DNA from: Microcystis aeruginosa NIES-843 | GTDB taxonomy: Bacteria > Cyanobacteriota > Cyanobacteriia > Cyanobacteriales > Microcystaceae | Assembly (NCBI RefSeq): GCF_000010625.1 | Contig: NC_010296.1 | Location: 4,080,001-4,112,000, forward strand | Length of the DNA stretch: 32,000 nucleotides | Direction of reading: 5' to 3' | Part shown: positions 1 through 9,057 of the stretch, piece after piece | How positions within the stretch are numbered: position 1 is the first letter of the stretch | Layout of the letters: every line of letters starts with the position of its first letter | The notes under the pieces: model-generated | The model's input: only the letters and a program-made list of their open reading frames with translations | Told to the model about the DNA's origin: nothing | Database searches by the model: none | Made by a program: the position numbers and the translations under genes

Positions 1-804
1 GATACGGTGGGAATTGACCTCGTGGCCATGTGCGTCAACGATGTCTTAACCTCTGGGGCTGAACCTTTATTTTTCTTGGATTATCTGGCCACCGGTAAAC
101 TGGAAGCGTCACAGTTAGCAGCGGTGGTATCGGGAATCGCTAGGGCCTGTCGTGATAGTGGTTGTACTCTTTTGGGAGGGGAAACGGCGGAGATGCCGGG
201 GTTTTATTCGGCCGGAGAGTACGATTTAGCGGGTTTTTGCGTCGGTATTGTCGAAAAAAGTCAATTACTCGACGGCAGTAAGGTGCAAATCGGCGATGTG
301 GCTATCGGTTTAGCCAGTAGTGGGGTTCACAGTAACGGTTTTAGTCTTGTTCGTAAGATTATCGACACCCAGGGCTTAAATTGGCAAGATTGCCCCGAAA
401 TTTTGGCCGGCTCTAGCTTAGGTGAAGTTTTGTTAACTCCCACTAGACTTTATGTTAAACCTGTGCTAGAACTGCTGCGCTCTGGGTTAGATATTCACGC
501 CATGGCCCACATTACTGGGGGGGGCATCCCGGAAAATTTGCCCCGCTGCTTAGGTAAAGGGCATTCCGTGCAGATTTACTGCGAAAGTTGGCCGGTTTTG
601 CCGATTTTTCACTGGTTAGCCCAGATGGGTTCGGTTAATGCCGAAGCCATGTTTAATACTTTTAATATGGGTATCGGTTTTGTGATCATTGTCCCATCAG
701 ATCTGGCTCGATCGACTATTAATCAACTCCAATCCTCTGGGATTAATGCCTACCAAATCGGCGAAGTGATTGCCGGTAAGGGGGAGATTGTTGGGCTTGA
801 TTAA
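1..804 (+). CDS. purM: Phosphoribosylformylglycinamidine cyclo-ligase (AIR synthetase), C-terminal ~267 aa; the 5' end lies outside the window
   Basis: The frame is open from nt 1 (GAT ACG GTG GGA...), so the GTG at nt 7 in the ORF track is internal. [31 protein letters not shown] ... AHITGGG ... FNMGIGF is the PurM/AIR-synthase pattern as I know the family. Confidence 0.9.
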
Positions 805-1008
805 AGTTAGTTCAGGCTAAGAAGATTTTGCCATGAATTCCACCAAAAAATCAGGTTGACTGGCTGGGATAGCAGCAGAGTTTCGGCCTATCCCCAACCC
901 AATTTATATTAAGTTTTTTTACTTAAGTAGTTATACTTAGTTTGCTTCTCGATAGAATTAGGTCAGAACCTGATAAGACACTTTTTCAGAGAAAAGGAGG
1001 TTATAGCC

Positions 1009-1360
1009 ATGCAAGGAACGCCTATCCCCCAACTATTAGGAGACCAGTGGTCTGGGAAAAAGGTTCTGGTGACTGGAGCTTCGGGATTTAAAGGCAGTTG
1101 GTTATGTAAAGCACTTTTGGAGCTTGGCACTCAGGTTTATGCTACTATTCCCATTCACAACGTCAGACACCCCCACTCAGCTTACCAACTTTTCGATCTG
1201 ATGTTTAAAAGCGATTGAAGTCAAACTTAATAATCCATCTCAATGGCAAGAAATTTGCCAGCAAGCAGAAAAATCTCGGTTCTTATGGAAAGATACTGTT
1301 AGCCAGTACATTACAAAATTGTATGAACATCAGAACGTCGAAAAATACATAAGGAGTTAA
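1009..1360 (+). pseudogene. Remnant of an NAD-dependent sugar-nucleotide dehydratase/epimerase (CDP-glucose 4,6-dehydratase-like); only the N-terminal Rossmann segment survives
   Basis: ATG 1009 is preceded by AAAAGGAGG. KKVLVTGASGFKGSWLCKALLELGTQVY is the GxxGxxG NAD-binding N-terminus of SDR-type dehydratases, which are normally ~350 aa. The frame stops at TGA 1216-1218 after 69 aa. A second frame is open 1202-1357 (IEVKLNNPSQWQEICQQAEKSRF...) and then ends. No catalytic YxxxK region follows. Confidence 0.6.
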
Positions 1361-1365
1361 AGATC

Positions 1366-1692
1366 ATGTCTAGAGAATATCAAAGTAAAATCAACCAAAT
1401 ATATATGAGGTTATTTAGTGGAACAACTTGGGAATCTACTCTACCAGATATTTATGAACAGGCTGGAAAAGCTTATGCAGAAATCTATGAACTTAATTGT
1501 ACAAATGGATACTGGAAAAGAGCAGATGGCTTTGACAACACATTGATTTACTACATGGCAGAATGGATAAAAAATAACATTTTAAATAAGTTTATTTCGC
1601 TCCGTACTGCAAGAGAATTAGCGGATGAAATGGCAACACAGATTCTTGATTACTATCATACCAAGTACCTAAGTACAGGACAAAAAATCTAA
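1366..1692 (+). CDS. Hypothetical protein, 108 aa, no family recognised
   Basis: ATG is preceded by AAGGAG (1351-1356). The ORF is AT-rich like the downstream hydrolase gene and sits 53 nt upstream of it on the same strand. I recognise no motif. Confidence 0.5.
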   Translation: MSREYQSKINQIYMRLFSGTTWESTLPDIYEQAGKAYAEIYELNCTNGYWKRADGFDNTLIYYMAEWIKNNILNKFISLRTARELADEMATQILDYYHTKYLSTGQKI

Positions 1693-1745
1693 GGACTGCA
1701 AAAAGCTAAGTACAGGACAAAAAATGAAGATAAAGGAGAAAAGTC

Positions 1746-4679
1746 ATGTTGACAATTCAAGATACCCAAAAAGATAATTCCTTCGTGGCAGCTCGGAAAC
1801 AAACTGAAGAATACAAACGCTTGCAAGAAGTCCGTGAACAAAATATCCCTTGGAAAAAATGGGGTCCCTATTTAAGCGATCGCCAATGGGCTACTGTCCG
1901 AGAAGATTATAGTCAGGATGGTAATGCTTGGAACTATTTTACTCATGATCATGCCCGTTCTCGTGCCTACCGTTGGGGAGAAGATGGAATATTGGGAATT
2001 TCTAATGAGCGTCAGCATCTTTGTTTTGCTATTTCTCTTTGGAATAGTAAAGATACTATTCTTAAAGAGCGATTTTTTGGACTAACAGGAAGCGAAGGAA
2101 ATCATGGAGAAGATGTCAAGGAATATTACTTTTATCTAGATAATAACCCCACTCATTCTTATATGAAGGCATTGTATAAGTATCCTTATGAATTTCCTTA
2201 TGATGATCTCGTTGAAGAGAATCAAAAACGAAGAAATGCTAAGTATAGAGGAGAAGAACACCCTGAATATGAGCTAATTGATACTAATTGTTTCGACGAG
2301 GGATACTTTGATGTTGTTATTGAATATGCCAAGAAGACTCCTGAAGATATTTTAATTAAAATTACTGTTTGGAATCGAGGCTCTGAAGCTCATCCACTAC
2401 ATATTTTACCTACTCTCTGGTTTCGTAACACTTGGTCTTGGTTGGGAGATGCAGAAAGGGAAAAACAAAAACCAAGTTTGCAGAAAGTTGCCAATAATGT
2501 AGCTACTATTAAAGCCCATCATAGCGAGTTAGGTGATTATTATCTCTATTGTCAAGGAGATACTCCTCTGTTATTTACTGAAAATGAAACTAACAACGAA
2601 CGCATTTTCCATACTCCTAATGCGAGTAAATATGTTAAGGACGGAATCAACAATTATGTAGTTAATCAAGAGCTAGATAAAGTCAACCCTGAACAGAAAG
2701 GGACAAAAGCATCCGCTCACTATAACCTCACTATTAAAGCTAATAAACCTCAAGTGATATGGTTGCGCTTGACAGATATTGCGCCAGATCAACTACCTGA
2801 TGCTAATCCTTTTGGAAGTGATTTTAAGGAGGTTTTTGACAAGCGCAAAGAAGAAACTGACGCATTTTATCAAGCTATTACTCCTTCAGATTTTCCAATT
2901 TCAGATGAGGAACGACAAGTTCAAAGACAGGCATTTGCAGGAATGCTATGGAACAAGCAGTTTTATTACTATATAGTTCAAGATTGGCTCAAAGGAGATT
3001 GGTCATATCAAGACAGAAAGTGGCATAAAATATACCCCTCAGATAGCCTACCAGATAAAGCACAATCCGACACTAGAAAATTTAACTCCAAATGGACTCA
3101 TCTACATAATGAAGACATAATTTCTATGCCAGATAAATGGGAATATCCTTGGTATGCTGTCTGGGATTCAGCTTTTCATGCTGTTACTTTTGCTTTAATA
3201 GACCCAGATTTTGCTAAAGAACAATTGTGTCTATTTTTAGAAGACTGGTATATCCATCCTAATGGACAGTTACCATCTTTTGAATGGAACTTTAGTGAAG
3301 GTAATCCACCTGTTCACGCTTGGGGAGCTTGGCAAGTTTATCAAATTGAGCAAGATATGTATGGTTTTTCGGACAAAGATTTCCTAAGAAAAATATTTCA
3401 CAAGCTGAATAGTAACTTTAATTGGTGGTTAGAAGTTCAAAAAATACCTGAAAATAATCTTTTTAGTGGAGGCTTTTTAGGACTAGATAATATCAGTCTC
3501 ATAAATCGCAGTCACTTTAAAACTGATGATGTAAAAATTGAACAAGCAGATGGAACAAGCTGGATGGCTATGTTCTGCTTAAATATGCTGAGAATTGCCA
3601 TAGAGTTAGGAAGTCAAGACCCATCTAGCGAAGAGATGGAAGCTGCAACCAAGTTCCTCAAAGAATTCCTTAATATCGCCAATGCTATCAATGATATTAC
3701 TGAAAAAAATAGAACGCATTTGTGGGATCAGAAGGATGAATTCTATTACGATATACTCAGTATTGTTCAGGAAAATTTGACCCTAGAGTTTCCCTTGAAG
3801 TATCGTTCATTAGTCGGTTTAATTCCCCTATGTGCGATTGATATTTTTGAATCCGAAAGTCAGGAATATCAAAACCAGATAATCGATGCTTTTCAATCTA
3901 AGTTCTCTAACCCTAATTCATTGTCCCAATTGTTCTTGCCAGGAACCGACTTTGATTACTTGAGAGGAAAATATGAAAGTTTCTACATCGCAGACAAGCA
4001 CAATCATAATAATAACCTAGAAATGTATTTGTCAATTGTTGACTTTGATAAGTTGCAATTAATCGTCAAAAAGCTACTGGATAAACGGGAGTTTTTGAGC
4101 GACTATGGTATTCGCAGTCTTTCAAAAGTTCACGATCCTAATTCTGAGTTTGGTTCGCCTTACTCGATTCCTTGCTTCATGAAAGATATGTATGGCAGTG
4201 TTTTACCTTCCAGAATTCTCTACGAACCGGGAGAAGCAGGTAACTCTCCTGTACATACAGGTAATTCTAATTGGCGCGGTCCAATATGGTTTCCTGTGAA
4301 TTTTCTAATCATTGATTCGCTTTATAAGTTTCATGATTACATTCATGACTGTCTAGGAGATGAGTTTAAAGTGGAGTTTCCCACTGGAGAACGTGGAAGA
4401 AATACTCTTGAACAAGTAGCGGTAGAAATATCCAAACGCTTAATACGTATTTTCCTGCCTGATGAGTCAGGGAAACGACCAGTTTATGGAGATAACCCAA
4501 AACTTCGTGAGCTTTTCAAAACCCATGATGGCCAGGATTTAATACTGTTCTACGAATATTTTCACGGAGATACGGGTCAAGGACTGGGAGCAAGCCATCA
4601 AACAGGTTGGACAGGACTCGTAGCTAATTTGATCTATCAGGTCGGAGAATATAACTATCTCAATAGCGCACCTTCTTAA
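1746..4679 (+). CDS. Large (alpha/alpha)6-barrel glycoside hydrolase, GH63-like / MGH1-like glucosidase family
   Basis: 977-aa ORF with AAAGGAG upstream. HDHARSRAYRWGEDG, YPWYAVWDSAFHA, PPVHAWGAW and GASHQTGWTGLVA resemble the bacterial glucosidase family related to mannosyl-oligosaccharide glucosidase/mannosylglycerate hydrolase. The assignment is from memory of the family, not from a search. Confidence 0.6.
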   Translation: MLTIQDTQKDNSFVAARKQTEEYKRLQEVREQNIPWKKWGPYLSDRQWATVREDYSQDGNAWNYFTHDHARSRAYRWGEDGILGISNERQHLCFAISLWNSKDTILKERFFGLTGSEGNHGEDVKEYYFYLDNNPTHSYMKALYKYPYEFPYDDLVEENQKRRNAKYRGEEHPEYELIDTNCFDEGYFDVVIEYAKKTPEDILIKITVWNRGSEAHPLHILPTLWFRNTWSWLGDAEREKQKPSLQKVANNVATIKAHHSELGDYYLYCQGDTPLLFTENETNNERIFHTPNASKYVKDGINNYVVNQELDKVNPEQKGTKASAHYNLTIKANKPQVIWLRLTDIAPDQLPDANPFGSDFKEVFDKRKEETDAFYQAITPSDFPISDEERQVQRQAFAGMLWNKQFYYYIVQDWLKGDWSYQDRKWHKIYPSDSLPDKAQSDTRKFNSKWTHLHNEDIISMPDKWEYPWYAVWDSAFHAVTFALIDPDFAKEQLCLFLEDWYIHPNGQLPSFEWNFSEGNPPVHAWGAWQVYQIEQDMYGFSDKDFLRKIFHKLNSNFNWWLEVQKIPENNLFSGGFLGLDNISLINRSHFKTDDVKIEQADGTSWMAMFCLNMLRIAIELGSQDPSSEEMEAATKFLKEFLNIANAINDITEKNRTHLWDQKDEFYYDILSIVQENLTLEFPLKYRSLVGLIPLCAIDIFESESQEYQNQIIDAFQSKFSNPNSLSQLFLPGTDFDYLRGKYESFYIADKHNHNNNLEMYLSIVDFDKLQLIVKKLLDKREFLSDYGIRSLSKVHDPNSEFGSPYSIPCFMKDMYGSVLPSRILYEPGEAGNSPVHTGNSNWRGPIWFPVNFLIIDSLYKFHDYIHDCLGDEFKVEFPTGERGRNTLEQVAVEISKRLIRIFLPDESGKRPVYGDNPKLRELFKTHDGQDLILFYEYFHGDTGQGLGASHQTGWTGLVANLIYQVGEYNYLNSAPS

Positions 4680-4773
4680 TACTCAATTAACTTCAGTCGG
4701 ACGGGAGAAGGAAAGTTTTAACCCGGGACAGGATCAAGCTTTCAGCTAATCCAGGATTCGGGTTAAATAGACT

Positions 4774-5910
4774 CTAATAGATTGTATCCCGTTGACGGGC
4801 GGGGCGATCGAGGGATTTAATCGCCGTTGCTAATTCCTCGACGGTCAAACAAGTACCGCCCAGGGCTCCGGCCATAGTGGTAATATGTTCTTCCATGAGA
4901 GTGCCACCGAGATCGTTGCAACCCCAGTTTAAAGCTTCTGTCGCCCCCTGTAAGCCCAATTTTACCCAACTGGGTTGATGATTTTTAATGCTATTGCCCA
5001 AATAAATCCGCGCCACTGCCGTTAACTTTAATGTATCGGCTAAAATTGGTTGATCTTGTCCGACTCGATTTCTCAGGGGTTTGGGGGCCGATTGTCCCAC
5101 AAAAGGCAATAAAATAAATTCGGTGATTTTAGCCGGATAATTATTTTCTAGGGCGATTTCTTGTTGTTTTCTAATTTTTTCAAGGTGCTGCACCTGTTGG
5201 CTAGGGGTTTCAATATGACCGCAGAGCATGGTACTGGTGGTATGTAACCCCAAGCGATGGGCAGTACCGACTATTTCTAACCAAGTGGCGGCATCGATTT
5301 TTTCTGGACAAATTACCCGTCTTACCTCATCCACCAACACCTCGGCAGCCGTCCCCGGGAGAGAATTCACTCCTGCTTCTTGCAGAGAAGCGATAACTTT
5401 TTCGTAACTTAAACCGTCTTCTCTAGCAATAAATTGGACTTCTTGGGGCGAAAAAGCGTGTAAATGCAGGTCAGGAAAGGCTTGCTTCAGGTTTTTAACA
5501 ATTTCGAGGTAATAGTCTAAGGAATTGCCCTTAATCTTGGCTTTTGGGTTTAATCCTCCCTGCATACAAATTTCTGTGGCCCCACGACGGACAGCATCGG
5601 CCGCTTTAGCGATAATTTCCTCTAAATTAAGCCAGAAAGCCCCCTCTTCATCTTCATCGCGTCTGAATGCACAAAAACTGCAATGCTGCTCACAAATGTT
5701 ACTAAAATTAATATTGCGATTGATAACGTAGGTGACGGTATCTCCCGTCTGTTGACGACGCAAAAAGTCGGCCGTTTCCCGAATCCAGGCAATTAAACGG
5801 TTATCGGTAGTTTCTAGCAAGATAATCGCTTCTTTTGCCGATAAATTCGCCCCTGACCGCGCTTTTGCCAAAATATCGGTTACGGGTGCGGTGATGGAGG
5901 AGTTAGTCAC
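4774..5910 (-). CDS. cofH: Radical-SAM enzyme, most likely FO (7,8-didemethyl-8-hydroxy-5-deazariboflavin) synthase subunit CofH
   Basis: [10 protein letters not shown] is a CxxxCxxC radical-SAM cluster motif, followed by [13 protein letters not shown]. The size (378 aa) and layout fit the CofH/MqnC/MqnE group. CofH is favoured because cyanobacteria make phylloquinone through the Men pathway and carry cofG/cofH. MqnC-like is not excluded. Confidence 0.65.
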   Translation of the reverse strand: MTNSSITAPVTDILAKARSGANLSAKEAIILLETTDNRLIAWIRETADFLRRQQTGDTVTYVINRNINFSNICEQHCSFCAFRRDEDEEGAFWLNLEEIIAKAADAVRRGATEICMQGGLNPKAKIKGNSLDYYLEIVKNLKQAFPDLHLHAFSPQEVQFIAREDGLSYEKVIASLQEAGVNSLPGTAAEVLVDEVRRVICPEKIDAATWLEIVGTAHRLGLHTTSTMLCGHIETPSQQVQHLEKIRKQQEIALENNYPAKITEFILLPFVGQSAPKPLRNRVGQDQPILADTLKLTAVARIYLGNSIKNHQPSWVKLGLQGATEALNWGCNDLGGTLMEEHITTMAGALGGTCLTVEELATAIKSLDRPARQRDTIY

Positions 5911-6047
5911 GGGAGATAAATATTAAGGGTTGCCGATCCTAATTGTAGAACGAGGTCAGAAGGAACAGTAAAGAAAGAGAGCCAATTTAATCCTTTTTCT
6001 GTTCCCTATTCCCTTGTCTGCACGCGGTAATTTCCGGTTGAGAGCCT

Positions 6048-6749
6048 TTATTGCAGGGTGGTTTGTTTTTCCTGTTCTTTTTGTTGACGTTTTTTCTTTT
6101 CTGCTTCTAGGGCATCTTCGATCACCTTGAGCAGCTGATCCATTTTATCAAGATTACCGCGATAAACATCGAGGTCTTTTTGCAGTTTCTCGCTGGAGAG
6201 ACGGAGAATTTCTGAGAACTTTTGCAAAATTTGTTCGCGTTTTTCTTTTTCCTTGATTATGTCCGGTTGTGCTTCGGCTAAAATAGTATAAAGACCGATG
6301 GCAAAAAGGCGGCTATACTTAAACTTAGGCGCGTTGATCAACGAAACTAGACTATCAGACAACTGATTGTTAGCACCTAGAGCAGGGTTTTGCAGTTGCG
6401 AAAGCAAGGAATCAATATTAGTTTCTTTGGCAATAGCGATCATATTTTCGGCATCACGACGATAGACTTCGGGATTACCGTTAACCGCTTGGCACAAAGC
6501 ATTAAAAATATTCGGTTTATCCTCCCCCGGACGATAGCCTTCCATGAACTTCTCGAAAGAAGTAACCACACCAAGGGCATAAATTGGATCATAATGGAAA
6601 TCTACATTAACAGAGAGCAGGTGCATCTCGACTAATAATTCCTCAACCACGCGCCGATACACCGAATTGATGGGGCGGGTGTGGCGAGTATAAAAATCAC
6701 GCTTACTATCGGAAACAGTACGAATTTTGTCCACAGAACCAAACTTCAT
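6048..6749 (-). CDS. thf1: Thylakoid formation protein Thf1 (Psb29)
   Basis: The N-terminus TVSDSKRDFYTRHTRPINSVYRRVVEELLVEMHLL and the C-terminal acidic/lysine-rich coiled coil are characteristic of Thf1. Confidence 0.85.
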   Translation of the reverse strand: MKFGSVDKIRTVSDSKRDFYTRHTRPINSVYRRVVEELLVEMHLLSVNVDFHYDPIYALGVVTSFEKFMEGYRPGEDKPNIFNALCQAVNGNPEVYRRDAENMIAIAKETNIDSLLSQLQNPALGANNQLSDSLVSLINAPKFKYSRLFAIGLYTILAEAQPDIIKEKEKREQILQKFSEILRLSSEKLQKDLDVYRGNLDKMDQLLKVIEDALEAEKKKRQQKEQEKQTTLQ

Positions 6750-6950
6750 AAAAATTTAACACTGCTCTCATTTTCCCCTTTCTCGTTCCCCCTGACAAGG
6801 CCGGTGATCACCAAAGAGCGGCAAGCAGTCAGTCCAGAGAGAGCAAAAGAGCGAGTAAGATATAAAGATAAGGACATGGAAAAATCGAGATAATTAGCCG
6901 ATACTGCCTCTACCAATCGCTTTTTTACTTTTCACTTTTCAGTTGACTAT

Positions 6951-7415
6951 ATGGCCAATCAAGACGACAAAATCAAAATTATCACTGATAACCGGCAAGC
7001 GCGCCATCTCTACGAGATTTTAGAGACTTTTGAAGCGGGGGTGCAGTTGCTGGGGACCGAGGTTAAATCCGTGCGTGCCGGTAAGGTAAACCTGCGGGAT
7101 GGTTACGTTTTAGTCCGCAATGGTGAAGCGGTGTTAATTAATGTTCATATTTCCCCCTACGAACAGAGTAGCGAATATTTTAATCACGATCCGCGCCGGA
7201 CGAGAAAATTGTTGATGCACAAAAAGGAAATCAGCAAACTCATCGGTCAAGTGGAACAGAAAGGCTTAACTCTTGTGCCTTTGAAGATGTATTTTAAAGG
7301 TAGTTGGGTAAAAATCAGCATTGGCCTCGGTAGAGGCAAAAAATTACACGATAAACGCGAAGATTTGAAACGTCGTCAGGATCAACGGGATATGGCGCGA
7401 GCGATGAAGCGTTAA
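6951..7415 (+). CDS. smpB: SsrA-binding protein SmpB (trans-translation)
   Basis: 154 aa. [43 protein letters not shown] and the C-terminal basic tail [13 protein letters not shown] are typical of SmpB. Confidence 0.9.
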   Translation: MANQDDKIKIITDNRQARHLYEILETFEAGVQLLGTEVKSVRAGKVNLRDGYVLVRNGEAVLINVHISPYEQSSEYFNHDPRRTRKLLMHKKEISKLIGQVEQKGLTLVPLKMYFKGSWVKISIGLGRGKKLHDKREDLKRRQDQRDMARAMKR

Positions 7416-7533
7416 CCAAGACACTTATCGGACTGGCAAAGGTCTAGGTAAGAAACGAGCGGGTTTTGTTACAGTTGAACTGTATTAGGCTCCTTGCGGC
7501 CGTCACCATCCCCCTCACTTTGGGTTAAAATTT

Positions 7534-8082
7534 ATGTTAAAAGTCTTGACAAAAGTAATTAAATATGCTAAAGCACCCGCTTTAATTGCTCTATCTTTAG
7601 CTGTGGGTGCGGGGATTATTTTACCAAAAATAACTTTAGCCAATGGCAACCCCGGCCTAACCATTTTTAGTGGAGTCGATCGCAAGGATATCTTAGATTA
7701 TTTCTTGCAATTTGGCGGTCGTCCCCAGCAAATGGATCGTTATAAACTCTATATCCCCCCGAAAAAACTCTCCCAAGGGGCCGCAGCTTTTTTTATTTCC
7801 TATCCCGATTATTTTAACGGCCAGTTTGACACTAATAAAATCGAGGTACGCACCAACGGCAAATCTTTACCTTTAAAGGAAGTGGTTTGGGATAAGGATA
7901 GTCGCATTATTCAAATTGTCCCCCAACAACCGATCGATCCGACCAGCAAAGTTGAAATCGTCATGTCTAATGTCAGAAATCCCGAATTAGGCACTTATTA
8001 CTTTACCTGTGATGTGATTGCCTCTGGCAATATTCCCGTCCGTCTCTACGTTGGGACTTGGATTGTCAGTATCGAACCTTAA
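7534..8082 (+). CDS. Exported/anchored hypothetical protein, possibly DUF2808 family
   Basis: An N-terminal hydrophobic segment (APALIALSLAVGAGIILP) suggests a signal peptide or anchor. The body resembles the cyanobacteria-restricted DUF2808 proteins from memory. No catalytic motif is present. Confidence 0.45.
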   Translation: MLKVLTKVIKYAKAPALIALSLAVGAGIILPKITLANGNPGLTIFSGVDRKDILDYFLQFGGRPQQMDRYKLYIPPKKLSQGAAAFFISYPDYFNGQFDTNKIEVRTNGKSLPLKEVVWDKDSRIIQIVPQQPIDPTSKVEIVMSNVRNPELGTYYFTCDVIASGNIPVRLYVGTWIVSIEP

Positions 8083-8083
8083 G

Positions 8084-8287
8084 TAGGGTTTGCGGCAAAA
8101 AGTTTTTCGTGGGGGTAGGGTGTGGGGTGTGGGGTGTGGGGTGTGGGGTGTGGGGATAATAAATAAAAGCTGCCTTCTGCCTTCTGCCTTCTGCCTCCTG
8201 CCTTCGTTAACGGGGATAGGGAAATGGGGGAATGGGGGAATGGGGGAATGGGGGAATTTAACTAAAACCCCAAAACCCTAACACCCT
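8084..8287 (+). repeat. Composite intergenic element: conserved termini flanking three different microsatellite arrays (copy 1)
   Basis: It starts 1 nt after the stop codon at 8080-8082. In order:
- TAGGGTTTGCGGCAAAAAGTTT (8084-8105)
- GGGGTGT, ~5.5 units (8118-8155)
- CTGCCTT x5 (8170-8204; the 4th unit is CTGCCTC)
- GGGGGAAT x4 (8226-8257)
- TTTAACTAAAACCCCAAAACCCTAACACCCT, to 8287
The same termini recur inverted at 25242-25338. Confidence 0.8.
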
Positions 8288-8314
8288 CTCAGTCTGAGAA
8301 AAAGTCAACCAAAG

Positions 8315-8632
8315 TCAACTATTTGCCTCCGAGTTGCTAAAATCTGAGGAGTTTTCACCTATAGACTCGTTGGCCGGGTAATTTTCCTCGGAGTTTGAGT
8401 TTTTGCGACTGCCTTTGTGGGAATTTTTGCCCCCTTCCCGTCCGATAGCGGCCATGTGGGCGCGATCTCGGCTAACCGCTTCACCACCTTTTCGTCCCGC
8501 TTCGCGAGCCTCTTCGGAGGTAAATTCGTGGGCTGTACCTTTTTGATGAGCAGCTTTACCACCTTTACTAGCGATTTCCCGTTGTTTAGCTTGATCCATA
8601 GAGGCAAAACCGCGTTTACTCTTACCTGTCAT
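8315..8632 (-). CDS. General stress protein with KGG repeats (YciG-like)
   Basis: 105 aa with repeated KGG/GGK-containing segments (ASKGGKAAHQKG, GRKGGEAVSRD, GREGGKNSHKG) and a low-complexity Ser/Asn/Glu tail. The two alternative-frame ORFs inside it are compositional artefacts. Confidence 0.75.
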   Translation of the reverse strand: MTGKSKRGFASMDQAKQREIASKGGKAAHQKGTAHEFTSEEAREAGRKGGEAVSRDRAHMAAIGREGGKNSHKGSRKNSNSEENYPANESIGENSSDFSNSEANS

Positions 8633-8941
8633 AATATCCCTCCTGTGTGAATGCTGATTTTAAAAGTTCTTAAAGACTTATGCGAGATTTTTAAAACATC
8701 AAAATCATGGTCTTGTCGGTGGGCAAAACATTGAGATTGCCCCGCTTTCCTCCTCTAAGAACTATGGATTCCTACCTAGTATCATAACTCATTAGCTTGA
8801 CTTCTAGGGAACTAATTACAGCAATCAAAGAGCATATTTTATGTTAAAAAATATTAAGCGAATCGAGCATTTATCAGTCTAAAGATATAGAAATTATCTT
8901 AATGGTGAGGTACAAAGTTTGCCTTTGCAGGAGTCGGTCTT

Positions 8942-8982
8942 CAGTTATCAGTTATCAGTTATCAGTTATCAGTTATCAGTTA
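8942..8982. repeat. (CAGTTAT)n heptamer microsatellite, left part (5 full units plus the interrupted 6th)
   Basis: Units were read directly at 8942, 8949, 8956, 8963, 8970 and 8977. The array is cut after CAGTTA by the IS630 terminus at 8983. Confidence 0.95.
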
Positions 8983-9057
8983 TAGTCATTTCAAATAAGT
9001 GTGAGACGAGGGAAAAATAAGGTAAAATCAAGAGAAACGAGCAACCCATACAGAAAA

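Noticed and set aside
6750-7533. Searched around smpB for the tmRNA gene (ssrA) and for any tRNA
   Set aside because: There is no tRNA-like acceptor/T-arm (GGTTCGAATCC-type) and no tmRNA 5' GGGGCTG or 3' ...CCACCA signature in the flanks. ssrA is evidently elsewhere.
8090-8281. 63-aa ORF (MRQKVFRGGRVWGVGCGVWGVG...)
   Set aside because: It is simply the translation of the GGGGTGT, CTGCCTT and GGGGGAAT microsatellites. It has no SD and its low-complexity, periodic peptide follows the repeat units.
8359-8650. Two alternative-frame ORFs (82 and 77 aa) overlapping the KGG stress-protein gene
   Set aside because: Only the 105-aa frame gives the KGG-repeat family pattern. The others are by-products of the biased composition.
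8896-8913. 18-nt word ATCTTAATGGTGAGGTAC, repeated as ATCTTAATAGTGAGGTAC at 20598-20615; TGAGGTAC also occurs on the minus strand just upstream of zipN (about 13811-13818)
   Set aside because: There are only two long copies, with no associated structure or consistent position relative to genes or IS ends. I cannot distinguish a dispersed-repeat fragment from coincidence without a genome-wide count.
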